Shown here piece after piece: positions 34,394 to 43,594 of a stretch of 49,689 nucleotides of DNA; the stretch's first letter is position 1, and every line of letters starts with the position of its first letter. The DNA is from a phage, in the sequence record NC_105788.1. One strand, given 5' to 3'. The notes beneath the pieces were generated by a model that did not search any database, was not told where the DNA came from, and saw nothing but the letters and a program-made list of their open reading frames with translations. The position numbers were made by a program, and so were the translations under genes.

Positions 34394-35161
34394 TTATGCA
34401 TCAACCTCTGGAGTTGGCACTGCCTCTACGCGATAAGCAATGTTTGCCGTCGTCTTGCTGGCATCGTTAGCCGTCCAGGTAATATTGAAATCACCGACCA
34501 CCTCTCCACCAACAGGAGTTACAAGACCTGAGTCCGGATCGACAGTGGCGATATTGGTAGCGTCGATTGACCATCTACCAGTCTTATCGGTTGCATTAGC
34601 CGGAAGAGCATTAGCTACACACTGGATCGTAACATTGTTTGGTTGAGGACTTTCCTTGTCAGTGGTGATTGTAGCGGACTCAACAAGAACAACAGGTGGC
34701 GGCGGCGGTGGAACGATGAAAGCATTTTGTTTCACCTGAACCTCAATAATGTGCCCGTCTTCGTGCTTAACAAAGCCACCCGCAAAGGTCCAACCAACAT
34801 AATCATCAACTCCAGTTACTGAGCCTCCAGCGCCAAATTTAAGTTTTGAGAATAGTTCCGGAGCGTCACCAATAGAAGTAAGCGCCCACACGCGACCGTG
34901 AGAAACGACGTTGCACACTTCACCGTCAAGGATTTTACCGCTCAGGTGTTCATATTGGGAACGGAAAGCGATACCGTAAGGAGTTCCACCATCAGAAAGC
35001 GCCGTCACAACTTTTACACCGTCAACGATGCCGACAACCTGAACCGCTGAGCCGAACTCAATGTCACCTTGAGCCACACAAGCACCATCAATATTGTAGT
35101 CTGAAGTATCAGAAAGATTTCCCGGGCACGCCGGGCGCAACATTAAATTTTCGTAAGCCAT
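34394..35161 (-). CDS. capsid decoration-like protein with C-terminal Ig-like (Big_2-like) domain
   Basis: N-terminal 150 aa paralogous to 35221..35700 product; poly-Pro linker PPPPPP then Ig-like domain. Confidence 0.5.
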   Translation of the reverse strand: MAYENLMLRPACPGNLSDTSDYNIDGACVAQGDIEFGSAVQVVGIVDGVKVVTALSDGGTPYGIAFRSQYEHLSGKILDGEVCNVVSHGRVWALTSIGDAPELFSKLKFGAGGSVTGVDDYVGWTFAGGFVKHEDGHIIEVQVKQNAFIVPPPPPPVVLVESATITTDKESPQPNNVTIQCVANALPANATDKTGRWSIDATNIATVDPDSGLVTPVGGEVVGDFNITWTANDASKTTANIAYRVEAVPTPEVDA

Positions 35162-35175
35162 AATGATTTCTCCAT

Positions 35176-35205
35176 AAAAAAAGGACTATCCAAAAGGATA
35201 GTCCT
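35176..35205 (-). terminator. hairpin plus T7 between the two decoration-like genes
   Basis: AGGACTATCC-TTTT-GGATAGTCCT + T7. Confidence 0.55.
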
Positions 35206-35220
35206 TATATTAAATGCTAA

Positions 35221-35700
35221 TTACAGTTGATGCAACTGAACTTCTACAAGCTGAATATCTTTATATTTGGCAAAGCCGCCAGCATAAGTCCAGTTAGTAG
35301 TGATTGTTCCGTCAGATTTCTCCTTGCCGTCAACATCCAACTTAACCGCTGTTCCGAAAGTTGGCGCCGCGACAGATTTGGAAAGCATCCAAACTCGACC
35401 GGATGTAATTACGTTGATAGCACCGCCCTCTTCATAAACCATCTGACCTTGAGAGTTAACAGTTTGCCAGTGAGATCGAATTGCCACGCCGTAAGGATAT
35501 TTTTCCGCTTCCATAACCTTAACAAGTTTATGACCGTCAACCGCTTGCGCTGCGACAACCTGCACGGCAGCTCCAACCAAAACATCACCCCCTACACTAA
35601 CGACGCAAGCGCCGTCAACGTTGTATTTAGAGGTATCCGAAATCATGCCCGGGAGGGCGATCGCCATGTCGCGCTGATAAGATGCGTTAATCTGTGCCAT
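35221..35700 (-). CDS. capsid decoration-like protein (paralog 1)
   Basis: shares motifs with 34394..35161 product (DTS.YN.DGACV; GRVW.L; AGGF.K); AAGGAG RBS. Confidence 0.5.
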   Translation of the reverse strand: MAQINASYQRDMAIALPGMISDTSKYNVDGACVVSVGGDVLVGAAVQVVAAQAVDGHKLVKVMEAEKYPYGVAIRSHWQTVNSQGQMVYEEGGAINVITSGRVWMLSKSVAAPTFGTAVKLDVDGKEKSDGTITTNWTYAGGFAKYKDIQLVEVQLHQL

Positions 35701-35711
35701 GATATTTCTCC

Positions 35712-36824
35712 TTACATTACTTTGCTTAAACGTGAATTTGGCGTAACAGGAGCGGCGTCGTTTTTCTCTTCCGGCTTACCGCCTTCGATAGAGTCGCCTT
35801 TTACTGCTTTACGCTGAATAGCCATGATATCAGAATCTTTAGCAACATCAAACATAGCGTCGATATATGCGTCTGATTTTTCACTAACATCTTTATCAAG
35901 CATGGCTTTAACTACGGCAATCTTGACGTCTTTGATATCAAGACCATCATGTTTGACGCCTGCGGTTTCTGCTACTGCGGTAACTTCTGCGCGTGCGGCG
36001 GCATCGGCTTTTTGCTTCTCTACCTCTGCCTTCACAAGTTCCGGCAGAGAGTCAACCTTAACCTTCAGCGCATCGCGCTCAGCTTCGAAGCCATCAGCTT
36101 TCCCCTGAATGGTGGCAATCTGCGCGGTTAATTTTTCGATATGGTTCGCAACGTCTTCGGTTACTTCCACATCAACTGAGTCGATCTTAATTTTTTTCAT
36201 TTGCTTGTCCTCGTTAGTTAATTGAACGTTATTATCATACGGGAACTCCTGTTCGGCATCAAGATTTAATTTAGCAATTCCCGCACGACCTTTAAAAACT
36301 AGGGCAATATGGTTGACCTTGATATTAGTTTGTACCGCGTCGAATTTCACCCAACCTTCAGGCGGCGCTTCGTCCTGTTTCATATCCTCTTCGAAGATAT
36401 ATTCTCCAGTCTCATTTGAACCCCAGCCGGGCTTATCAATATCTACCGACGTATACCCTACAGATAATTCCCCGGCCTCCTTCGCTTTAGCTTTGCTGAT
36501 CGCGTAGTCGCTGTAAATACTCAAAGGAACTTCAACGCCAACCCCTGAAGCAATACCAGCGCCAGCACACGATCCGACAACAACGTCCTTAGCATTTTGG
36601 GGTGTCACCGTTACGTGACCGACTGTTATCGGCTTGCCTGCAAAACTTTGCAAGGAATCTTGCTTGAAAACTTCGGACGCCGGACGGAACTCAACTCGAT
36701 CGCCGTGAGGCGTTTTGTAAACCTGAGCGCCGATTCGCGCCACGATTGGGCGGTCAACTAAAAAACCGTTATCATCAAAGTGAGCCTTGATTTTTACTGA
36801 ATCGAATCTTTGCTTTGCCTTCAT
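35712..36824 (-). CDS. prohead protease / scaffolding protein
   Basis: position between head morphogenesis and decoration/capsid genes; coiled-coil Lys/Glu/Ala-rich C-terminal half; start at internal ATG with AGGAGA RBS. Confidence 0.55.
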   Translation of the reverse strand: MKAKQRFDSVKIKAHFDDNGFLVDRPIVARIGAQVYKTPHGDRVEFRPASEVFKQDSLQSFAGKPITVGHVTVTPQNAKDVVVGSCAGAGIASGVGVEVPLSIYSDYAISKAKAKEAGELSVGYTSVDIDKPGWGSNETGEYIFEEDMKQDEAPPEGWVKFDAVQTNIKVNHIALVFKGRAGIAKLNLDAEQEFPYDNNVQLTNEDKQMKKIKIDSVDVEVTEDVANHIEKLTAQIATIQGKADGFEAERDALKVKVDSLPELVKAEVEKQKADAAARAEVTAVAETAGVKHDGLDIKDVKIAVVKAMLDKDVSEKSDAYIDAMFDVAKDSDIMAIQRKAVKGDSIEGGKPEEKNDAAPVTPNSRLSKVM

Positions 36825-36826
36825 TT

Positions 36827-37588
36827 TTAATCTCCTGTAGAAAAGTCTGGAACAGCCCAACAGCGGCAGTTGTATTCTTCACCCGGGAATACGTGATCGG
36901 AATCTACCGCTATGCGCTTACCTTCCCATCTTACATGTTTTTCACGTTCGCGTAAATCCATCACCCCGCGCCAGAAATAGTAAGATACACCAGCGTCTTT
37001 TATGCGCTGCCGCATCAGTCTACTGTTCCAGGTTCCGACAATTCCCGACGCTCTATTTTTGGCCCAGCTACGGTAAATACCAAATCGCTCCTTAGCAAGT
37101 TCAACAACAAAATCCTTGCTTTTACCCTGACCGGATGCCGCACGAAGTTTATCAGTGAAATCAGTAACCATGTTGGCGGCAAATTTCCTGATAGAAGTAG
37201 TCACCTGCGATCGCCACAGATTATATTGTCCTGAGTACCAGCTTTCGGCAGCGGTAGGACCAATCAGGGCAAGTAGCATCACAGCTTGATTCTTCTTACC
37301 TCCAGAATTGCGAGCGATGCGCAGCCACTGCTTAGAGTTGAATTTATAGATCGCGAGCGCAACGGATGATAGAGAACCAATAATCGGAGCGATGAGTGAT
37401 TCGACGTAATCAAGCAATGACCTTTCTGCCTGATCTATCTCTTCGTCGGTAGCGTCAAATTTCATCGGCTTTAATTCGTCACGCATTTTTTCAGTTAGTT
37501 TGGCTGCAACATCCTGTAGGGAGCGCGACATTGCGCGCTCGCTCATTTCAGGATAGCGCCACTGTGTTGCAACGCCATTAATTTTCAT
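36827..37588 (-). CDS. head morphogenesis protein (Mu gpF / SPP1 gp7-like minor capsid protein)
   Basis: position directly after portal; GGGGGGAAG RBS. Confidence 0.55.
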   Translation of the reverse strand: MKINGVATQWRYPEMSERAMSRSLQDVAAKLTEKMRDELKPMKFDATDEEIDQAERSLLDYVESLIAPIIGSLSSVALAIYKFNSKQWLRIARNSGGKKNQAVMLLALIGPTAAESWYSGQYNLWRSQVTTSIRKFAANMVTDFTDKLRAASGQGKSKDFVVELAKERFGIYRSWAKNRASGIVGTWNSRLMRQRIKDAGVSYYFWRGVMDLREREKHVRWEGKRIAVDSDHVFPGEEYNCRCWAVPDFSTGD

Positions 37589-38861
37589 TTTCTAACTTCC
37601 CCCCTAATCCCGGCTCCGGCTCGGTTGTTTCTTCAGGTTCGCGAATGTTGATGTTATTTCCATCCTTGAGTTTAAACTCAGGGGCAATAGATCGCAACGT
37701 GTCGCGAGCTTCTTCCAGATCGATGATTTGCTCAGTGATAGCCTTTGTGACTGACTCAACGTTATTCTTCGTGATCTCTGATTCCTCTTTCTTACTCGGA
37801 ACAGACAAAGGCTCAAACTCGATCGACCACTCTTCCTCATCAACAATGAACGGCAACAAGAACTCAAGAAGCGGCCTGTAATCTTCCTCGCGTTTGCGAT
37901 CGACTAGCTTATAGAAAGTCTCAAGTGCTGTGTTTTGGCTCGCTGATACGCCGCCTACGTTCTTGTTCTTAATGATAATCTCATGAATCCCGGATAGGGA
38001 GACGATGCGATCCATCTTGCTTGACAAGAACTCAGGAACTCCGCTGATATCAGAGTTGAGAACGTCATATTCCTCAGTCTCAGCATCAATACCGATCGCA
38101 CGGCCTACGCCGGAGTTATCATCAACCTGAGCAAGTCGCAGTCGCGCGGCATACTGAGCGTCATCATCATCACACATTTCAGCAAGACCTTTGACCTTCC
38201 ATACAGCCTGTTGCTTACGTCGCAAGATCTGAGTAGCCAGAGATTCACAGTAATCATAGTCACAGATTGCATCAATCAGTGACTTGTTCAATACCGAAGC
38301 TCCCCATCCTTGATTCTGCTTTCTTGCCTGTTGCGTTACTCGTTCACCATCAGCAATAAAGACTCTTGAGTGATGAATCAGATACGGCTGCATATTGTCG
38401 CCAGGGGATACCTTGTAAATTTCAGGCTCACCATAGCGAGGGGATCTTGCATTGGTGACTCGCTTTTCAACAGTGATAGCAAATCGATCGTAAACTCGGA
38501 CGCCTTCAAGTTTAGCTCCAGGCTTTGCCTGACTGGTTAACATCCGGTTGTCTTTGATGATTGCAACCATCGCCGCGCCACCGTAAAGTCGCGCCCAACA
38601 AAGAAGATCCACCAGACTTGAATCAAGTTTGTAGCTATCCCATAAAGACTTGAACTCTTTTTCATCCTTAACGCCTGACATTTTAAAACCAGCCGTCACC
38701 ATCTCTTCCGGGATAACATCCACAATTCGCTTCGCGGTTGCGTTGTCGTTGTAGAAAGAACCGACGTGATATGATGCATCAGACATAAAGAATGGCTTAG
38801 GCGATCCATCTGCACCGCCGTTAAAAATATCGTTATATCCATCATGTTTAACAATTTTCAT
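37578..38861 (-). CDS. portal protein
   Basis: position directly after TerL; about 427 aa; acidic C-terminus; start at internal ATG with GGAGGAAAC RBS. Confidence 0.65.
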   Translation of the reverse strand: MKIVKHDGYNDIFNGGADGSPKPFFMSDASYHVGSFYNDNATAKRIVDVIPEEMVTAGFKMSGVKDEKEFKSLWDSYKLDSSLVDLLCWARLYGGAAMVAIIKDNRMLTSQAKPGAKLEGVRVYDRFAITVEKRVTNARSPRYGEPEIYKVSPGDNMQPYLIHHSRVFIADGERVTQQARKQNQGWGASVLNKSLIDAICDYDYCESLATQILRRKQQAVWKVKGLAEMCDDDDAQYAARLRLAQVDDNSGVGRAIGIDAETEEYDVLNSDISGVPEFLSSKMDRIVSLSGIHEIIIKNKNVGGVSASQNTALETFYKLVDRKREEDYRPLLEFLLPFIVDEEEWSIEFEPLSVPSKKEESEITKNNVESVTKAITEQIIDLEEARDTLRSIAPEFKLKDGNNINIREPEETTEPEPGLGGKLENEN

Positions 38862-38872
38862 GTTTCCTCCAA

Positions 38873-38899
38873 TAAAAAGGGCCGTCAATTGACAGCCCT
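38873..38899 (-). terminator. hairpin plus T5 between TerL and portal genes
   Basis: near-palindrome GGGC(T/C)GTCAATTGAC(G/A)GCCC + T5. Confidence 0.4.
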
Positions 38900-38915
38900 G
38901 ATTATATCTCATTTA

Positions 38916-40484
38916 TTACCGCTTAACCATCCCGGCGAGTCGCTTCATTCGCTCGATAGGATCGTCAATTGTCAGTAATTCGATATTCGCCGCATCCATG
39001 AAGTTATCGACGATATCATCATGCGGGTGAGTGTCATCGTAAGTGAATGCGCTGTGTTCCGCGATAATTTCCGCAAGCATGGGGTGCTCTTCTGGCAGAA
39101 CCACGCGCCCGGCTTTAATAACTGGCTGGGCGTCCATAGCTCGGGTAACTTTGTCTTTGTTACGCTGCAATGGAGTGATGGATATCGGAGTCTTTTTCCT
39201 TAGATTCTGGATTAAGCCCGTACCGCTCGCCTTATCTTCCACATAGATTTTACGAAGCACCCCCATTGATTTATTGTGCCTCCATGCCTGGTTGACGAAA
39301 GCGGTAAATTGCTTCTCCATATCCGGCGCTTCCCACTTTCCGCGAATGCCGTCGATAAAGTAAACCTTATCATTCTTCTTGCCCCACAAACAAAATACCG
39401 TGTAGTCGTTTAGCTCGCCTGTCTTCTGAGCGGTATCGGCAGTGATGAATCGGTAATCATATTTACCCGGATCTGGCTCGTCAGCGTCAAGGCTACTGCC
39501 GTAATAAGTCCACCACTCTGAGTTAAACACGGAGCCACCCAGCGCGATCGGCTTCTGCTGATACTGAGAATCAAAGGTATACTGATCTGCTTCTCGTAAA
39601 GCTAGCAGGTCGTGCACACTTTCCTTGCTGGGCCAAAAAGAGTAATGCTTAACGCCATCCAATTCTACATACTCAGACGATAAAACATCACGAGCAAAGT
39701 AAGGCTGTAACCAATCAGGAAGTGTCTTTCCGTATTCTTCCGTCACCAGCGCCGGGATTGAGATTTGGTCAAACTCAATACCCATCCCGCCATTCATCAT
39801 GAACCAGGTTGAATCCTGAGCATGTAGTCGTTGCTGAATTGCAATAATAGGCGTCTCGTTATGCATACGACGGGATCGAATGGTGTTTTTCAATAGCATG
39901 TGCGTACGCTCACGCTTAACCTTTGAGAACATATCATCAGGCTTGTCGATATCGTCTAGCATTACCATCCCCGAGAATCCCGGCGTCATGTAGCCACCAC
40001 GCGAACCAGTAATACGACCGCCAGCCGCTGCGGATATCAACTCAAACCAAACCTTTCCATCTTCGTTAAGAACCTGCATCTCCTCATCTTTCGATGTACC
40101 GAACTTGCAAGGCCATAGCTCTTGAAATTCGTTGCTGCTGATAATCTCACGGACGCGCTTACTGTTACGCTTAACCAGGCTGTCAGCAAACGACACGTTA
40201 AGGTTTCGCACCTTCTTACACTTAAGCATTGCGTATACCGGAAGGTGAATTGAGAACACTTCAGTTTTACCGGAACCCGGCGTGACGTTAAAGATAGTGT
40301 TGCCGCGTCGGCCTGCAATTATTTCCTCCACTTCGTGACATAGGTAAAGGTGATGCCAGTTAGGCTGGAACTGCTGCGCCTGCATAAGCTGGAACCAGAT
40401 CCGAATCATTTTTTCGAAATTGGCCTCGCTCATTTTCTTGATCGCTAACTTCTGCGTTGCGTTAAGGTCTTCCCATTGAATCAT
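38916..40484 (-). CDS. terminase large subunit
   Basis: Walker A-like TPGSGKTE and Walker B-like VMLDDIDK followed by nuclease-like C-terminal half; start at internal ATG with GGGAGA RBS. Confidence 0.85.
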   Translation of the reverse strand: MIQWEDLNATQKLAIKKMSEANFEKMIRIWFQLMQAQQFQPNWHHLYLCHEVEEIIAGRRGNTIFNVTPGSGKTEVFSIHLPVYAMLKCKKVRNLNVSFADSLVKRNSKRVREIISSNEFQELWPCKFGTSKDEEMQVLNEDGKVWFELISAAAGGRITGSRGGYMTPGFSGMVMLDDIDKPDDMFSKVKRERTHMLLKNTIRSRRMHNETPIIAIQQRLHAQDSTWFMMNGGMGIEFDQISIPALVTEEYGKTLPDWLQPYFARDVLSSEYVELDGVKHYSFWPSKESVHDLLALREADQYTFDSQYQQKPIALGGSVFNSEWWTYYGSSLDADEPDPGKYDYRFITADTAQKTGELNDYTVFCLWGKKNDKVYFIDGIRGKWEAPDMEKQFTAFVNQAWRHNKSMGVLRKIYVEDKASGTGLIQNLRKKTPISITPLQRNKDKVTRAMDAQPVIKAGRVVLPEEHPMLAEIIAEHSAFTYDDTHPHDDIVDNFMDAANIELLTIDDPIERMKRLAGMVKR

Positions 40485-40523
40485 GATTAAGTCTCCCATG
40501 TGGGCGCTCGCGCGCCCGTAACG

Positions 40524-41048
40524 TTAAAGCATGTCAAGAATGCTATTTACTGCCTCTTTCATTGCATCCTCAGTAGTGGCGACTACTGTCGATGCGGAAG
40601 CTGACGAGTTTTCGATATTGATTGAGGCTGGCTTATCGATTCCGAGATCCTTACCGATAAAGGAGGCATTAATAACACCGTTGGCGGCAAGCTGGAATTT
40701 TTGCTCGTTGATTACCGATTCCACAAACTCCATAACCTCACTGTATTCTTCCTCTCGCTTCCACTTAATGATTGCGGCCTCGCTTGCACCGATGAATAGT
40801 CGGTATCCGGTCCAGGTGAAGACTCGCGGCTTATGAACTAGCGATTCATAAACGCCACCCTGAAAGCTGGCTGATTCTGACGCCTTGATTGCGTTGTCCT
40901 CAGCCCATTCGAAATACTTAACTGACAGATCGAATAGTTGCTCAGGCGTCATTGCCCGGTTTTTAGCAAGAACAGTGCCGAACTTTTTCTTGTATAGCTC
41001 TTTGAAATTACCTCCATGGACTACTGGGGCGTTCTTAGGTTCACTCAT
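40524..41048 (-). CDS. terminase small subunit
   Basis: position immediately upstream of TerL; start at internal ATG with AAGAGGA RBS. Confidence 0.55.
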   Translation of the reverse strand: MSEPKNAPVVHGGNFKELYKKKFGTVLAKNRAMTPEQLFDLSVKYFEWAEDNAIKASESASFQGGVYESLVHKPRVFTWTGYRLFIGASEAAIIKWKREEEYSEVMEFVESVINEQKFQLAANGVINASFIGKDLGIDKPASINIENSSASASTVVATTEDAMKEAVNSILDML

Positions 41049-41063
41049 AAATCCATCCTCTTT

Positions 41064-41089
41064 GTTTAACATTTAGTGCTATTTTACCA
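41064..41089 (-). promoter_or_regulatory. box copy (ATAGCACTAAATGTTAAAC) overlapping an extended -10 (TGGTAAAAT) upstream of TerS
   Basis: read directly on minus strand. Confidence 0.45.
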
Positions 41090-41101
41090 TATTGCAGGCA
41101 T

Positions 41102-41123
41102 AAAAAAACCCGCCGAAGCGGGT
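41102..41123 (-). terminator. intrinsic terminator (CCCGC-TTCG-GCGGG + T7) at end of minus-strand early arm
   Basis: GC hairpin plus T7. Confidence 0.65.
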
Positions 41124-41132
41124 TAGTATTTA

Positions 41133-41360
41133 TCACGATAATCGTCGTTTAATGCCTTTAGGGTGGGTCTGAGCTTTAGAGTAGCAGTGAGCAAGGTCGC
41201 CAGTCATTTCCCATTGATCCTTCTTAGGCGAGTAGGTCAGCCATACACCAGTTTTATCCTTCGCGTCCATCGCAATTGCTGCCGCCACAAGTGCGAAGCC
41301 AGCAAACAAACCAGCACCAAAAATAATGACACCAGCGATAATCAATAAAAAAATTGTCAT
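41133..41360 (-). CDS. small membrane protein (75 aa)
   Basis: N-terminal hydrophobic helix IFLLIIAGVIIFGAGLFAGFALVAAAIA; AAGGAG RBS. Confidence 0.5.
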   Translation of the reverse strand: MTIFLLIIAGVIIFGAGLFAGFALVAAAIAMDAKDKTGVWLTYSPKKDQWEMTGDLAHCYSKAQTHPKGIKRRLS

Positions 41361-41361
41361 G

Positions 41362-41547
41362 TTAAATCTCCTTGATTAATTCAATATTTATTTTGTGAGT
41401 GTCAAGGTTAGCGCCGGAAAGTTTTTTTGCTTTCGTGATGGCTTCATCCTGACTGGTTGCTGATAATTCAGTTTCGAAAGATTGCTTGCACGACTGGCAA
41501 AACATTCCCATCTTTCGAATAATTAATTTAACCTTGAATCGCTTCAT
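41362..41547 (-). CDS. hypothetical protein (61 aa)
   Basis: ORF track. Confidence 0.4.
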   Translation of the reverse strand: MKRFKVKLIIRKMGMFCQSCKQSFETELSATSQDEAITKAKKLSGANLDTHKINIELIKEI

Positions 41548-41689
41548 CTTCCTGGGCCTTAATCATAACGCCAGCAATGCGACCAATTACAGCCTCGCCG
41601 GGATTTAATCGCTTTTTATAACGAGTTGTTTTACCGTTGCGAGTTACTTTAATTTCAATTTTGACTGTTTCATCTTTAGTGTTTTGCAT
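41528..41689 (-). CDS. hypothetical small protein (53 aa, below ORF-track cutoff)
   Basis: manual translation MQNTKDETVKIEIKVTRNGK...; AAGAGGA RBS; coordinates approximate. Confidence 0.35.
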   Translation of the reverse strand: MQNTKDETVKIEIKVTRNGKTTRYKKRLNPGEAVIGRIAGVMIKAQEDEAIQG

Positions 41690-41853
41690 TATGCAATCCT
41701 CTTGAATTTTTGCCGCTTACGGGTCTGCGGAGTTGCTTAACCACTATGCAACCGAGCTTTTTAGCTGGAAGTGTGAGAATCGTCTCACGCGTTGCGCTTA
41801 GTTGCGCCTCGTCTGTCTACGGGATTAATACTATCACCGCTCAGGGATGTAGG

Positions 41854-42057
41854 TCAATCATTAATTTCGAATTGACCATTAGTCACATCCTGCGGGTAAT
41901 CAATCTCATGCATGTTCCCATCGTCGCCGTAAACATACACAAGCCTCTTTGCTTTACTGACTTTTTCAACGTCATACATGCACCCCGCTGAGAAGGCATC
42001 ACCATTTCGTGAAGTGACGCATAGCACCTGATCGCCTTTCTTCGGTAAGTTAGCCAT
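41854..42057 (-). CDS. hypothetical protein (67 aa)
   Basis: ORF track; AAGGGGA RBS. Confidence 0.45.
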   Translation of the reverse strand: MANLPKKGDQVLCVTSRNGDAFSAGCMYDVEKVSKAKRLVYVYGDDGNMHEIDYPQDVTNGQFEIND

Positions 42058-42287
42058 TATTCGTAATCCCCTTCTTTGTTCCCTACGCGCCCAGCAATGT
42101 ACCCAGCAGTCCAGACAAATTTGTATCGGTCGATGAGTAGCTCGACCTTTTTGTGGTGAGTCGAGATTACGTCAATCATAATCTTGTCGTTTTTCCGATC
42201 TTCTTTCTTCATTCCGCTGACGAATTTATTTAATTCTTTCGCGGCACGCTTTACTACGTTCCATTCTGCTTCACTTAAACCGAACAT
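42057..42287 (-). CDS. hypothetical protein (76 aa)
   Basis: ORF track; GGGAGAGG RBS. Confidence 0.45.
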   Translation of the reverse strand: MFGLSEAEWNVVKRAAKELNKFVSGMKKEDRKNDKIMIDVISTHHKKVELLIDRYKFVWTAGYIAGRVGNKEGDYE

Positions 42288-42631
42288 TATTTACCTCTCC
42301 CAAATGAAAAATTAACACCTAAAACCTGATTGCAAACCGACTCCATGTATCGCAACTGATATTGAGCAACCTTTGAAGGACTTAATTCATCGGAAAATAA
42401 ATCCTCAACATTGATTTCTTTTTTATGCTTGCGCTTCCATGCCTTGATGATATTTGGCAGGATTCGCTCACTTTTCCAGGCTGCAAACTCCGCTTGGTTG
42501 GTTGATGTTGGGGTAAGTTGTCTTTCGATCTGGTTAAGAATCTCAGCAGTAGCGCCTTTTACGTGAAGCTGTTCGCCGATAGTGTCGAGGATTTCACGCG
42601 CTTGTTTATCTGACAGGTTAATCGTGATCAT
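42287..42631 (-). CDS. hypothetical protein (114 aa)
   Basis: ORF track; AAGGAG RBS. Confidence 0.5.
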   Translation of the reverse strand: MITINLSDKQAREILDTIGEQLHVKGATAEILNQIERQLTPTSTNQAEFAAWKSERILPNIIKAWKRKHKKEINVEDLFSDELSPSKVAQYQLRYMESVCNQVLGVNFSFGRGK

Positions 42632-42837
42632 GCTTCTTCTCCTTCATCTTCGATCGGGGTAAAAAACTGAGTATTCACTGCCGGGTTATAATAAACCCCA
42701 TCGTCATAGTCGCTTTCTTTCACTTCAATGAAAACGTCGCAACCGTCATGCATGAAGTCACCATTATCAGTATGAACCAGTTCGAATACTTCAGAAGTTT
42801 TAGTGCAAGTGAAAAACTTATCAGTTGATACCATCAT
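42628..42837 (-). CDS. hypothetical protein (69 aa)
   Basis: ORF track; preceded by box cassette. Confidence 0.45.
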   Translation of the reverse strand: MMVSTDKFFTCTKTSEVFELVHTDNGDFMHDGCDVFIEVKESDYDDGVYYNPAVNTQFFTPIEDEGEEA

Positions 42838-42893
42838 TTCGATTTTCTCTCTTCGTTGTCGATGAGGTAACTATATCAAGTCACCCCACCGAC

Positions 42894-42913
42894 GTTTTAG
42901 CAATTCGTGCTAT
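42894..42913 (-). promoter_or_regulatory. conserved box (minus strand ATAGCACGAATTGCTAAAAC)
   Basis: box copy overlapping TAG stop of kinase gene. Confidence 0.6.
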
Positions 42914-43482
42914 TTGTTGATGAACGTGGCGGCTATGTGCTGAGCGGTAATTTCTGGATGACCTTCGACAGAAAAGAAGTCACATTCCTGATAACCGTTA
43001 ACCCCGATCATGTCGTCAAGATAGATATAGTCTCGGCTGTCGTTATCAAAGCTGCAACCGTTGCGATGGATTCGACATAGCTTAACCTGGATATCACCTT
43101 CAATCATCTGCAAGATCTCATCTTTGAATCCACCGTCAGTAAATACCGAAAGGGAGTGCGACTCTTTCACCTTGCTTTCCGCTCGCATACCGAAGAAGCG
43201 ATTTCCGAACTGCGGCTTGATGACCTCCTCGCTAATCCAGATCATAAACTGGCGCGGGCTTTTACCGTTCAGGATTGATGCTGGCTCTTCTTTATAGCGA
43301 CGGTCCTCATACAAGAACATGAAATACTCAAAATTAGTCTCACCCAGGATTGCTCGGGCAATCTCAAACATTGGAGCTTTAAAGCTGCGTAGAGCTACAT
43401 GATCGTAAGTGTCAGCCAGGATGCACCCTATAGTGTCTTTTCCCGCGCCAGGCGCACCGTTTAAAATGATAGCTGTTTTCAT
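42910..43482 (-). CDS. deoxynucleoside monophosphate kinase (T4 Dnk-like)
   Basis: Walker A LNGAPGAGKDT and LNGKSP block that also occur in T4 Dnk (recalled, not searched). Confidence 0.6.
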   Translation of the reverse strand: MKTAIILNGAPGAGKDTIGCILADTYDHVALRSFKAPMFEIARAILGETNFEYFMFLYEDRRYKEEPASILNGKSPRQFMIWISEEVIKPQFGNRFFGMRAESKVKESHSLSVFTDGGFKDEILQMIEGDIQVKLCRIHRNGCSFDNDSRDYIYLDDMIGVNGYQECDFFSVEGHPEITAQHIAATFINK

Positions 43483-43483
43483 G

Positions 43484-43594
43484 TCAGTATCTCCCTAAAA
43501 ATAATTTCGCCACATTGATGATGGTGGAGTTTATGATTAACAGAATGATAACTGTTAGTACCGGATGTGCTGCAATAAATTCGTATAGGTTCAC
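43484..43594 (-). CDS. tiny hydrophobic peptide (36 aa, GTG start, below ORF-track cutoff)
   Basis: GTGA overlap with phosphatase stop, AAGGAG RBS; predicted single TM helix; coordinates approximate. Confidence 0.3.
   Translation of the reverse strand: MNLYEFIAAHPVLTVIILLIINSTIINVAKLFLGRY

Noticed and set aside
35227-36507. Plus-strand ORFs 35227..35817, 35824..36108, 35949..36131 and 36313..36507
   Set aside because: Antisense to the decoration-like and protease/scaffold genes; Ser/Ala/Thr-rich low-complexity products typical of shadow ORFs.
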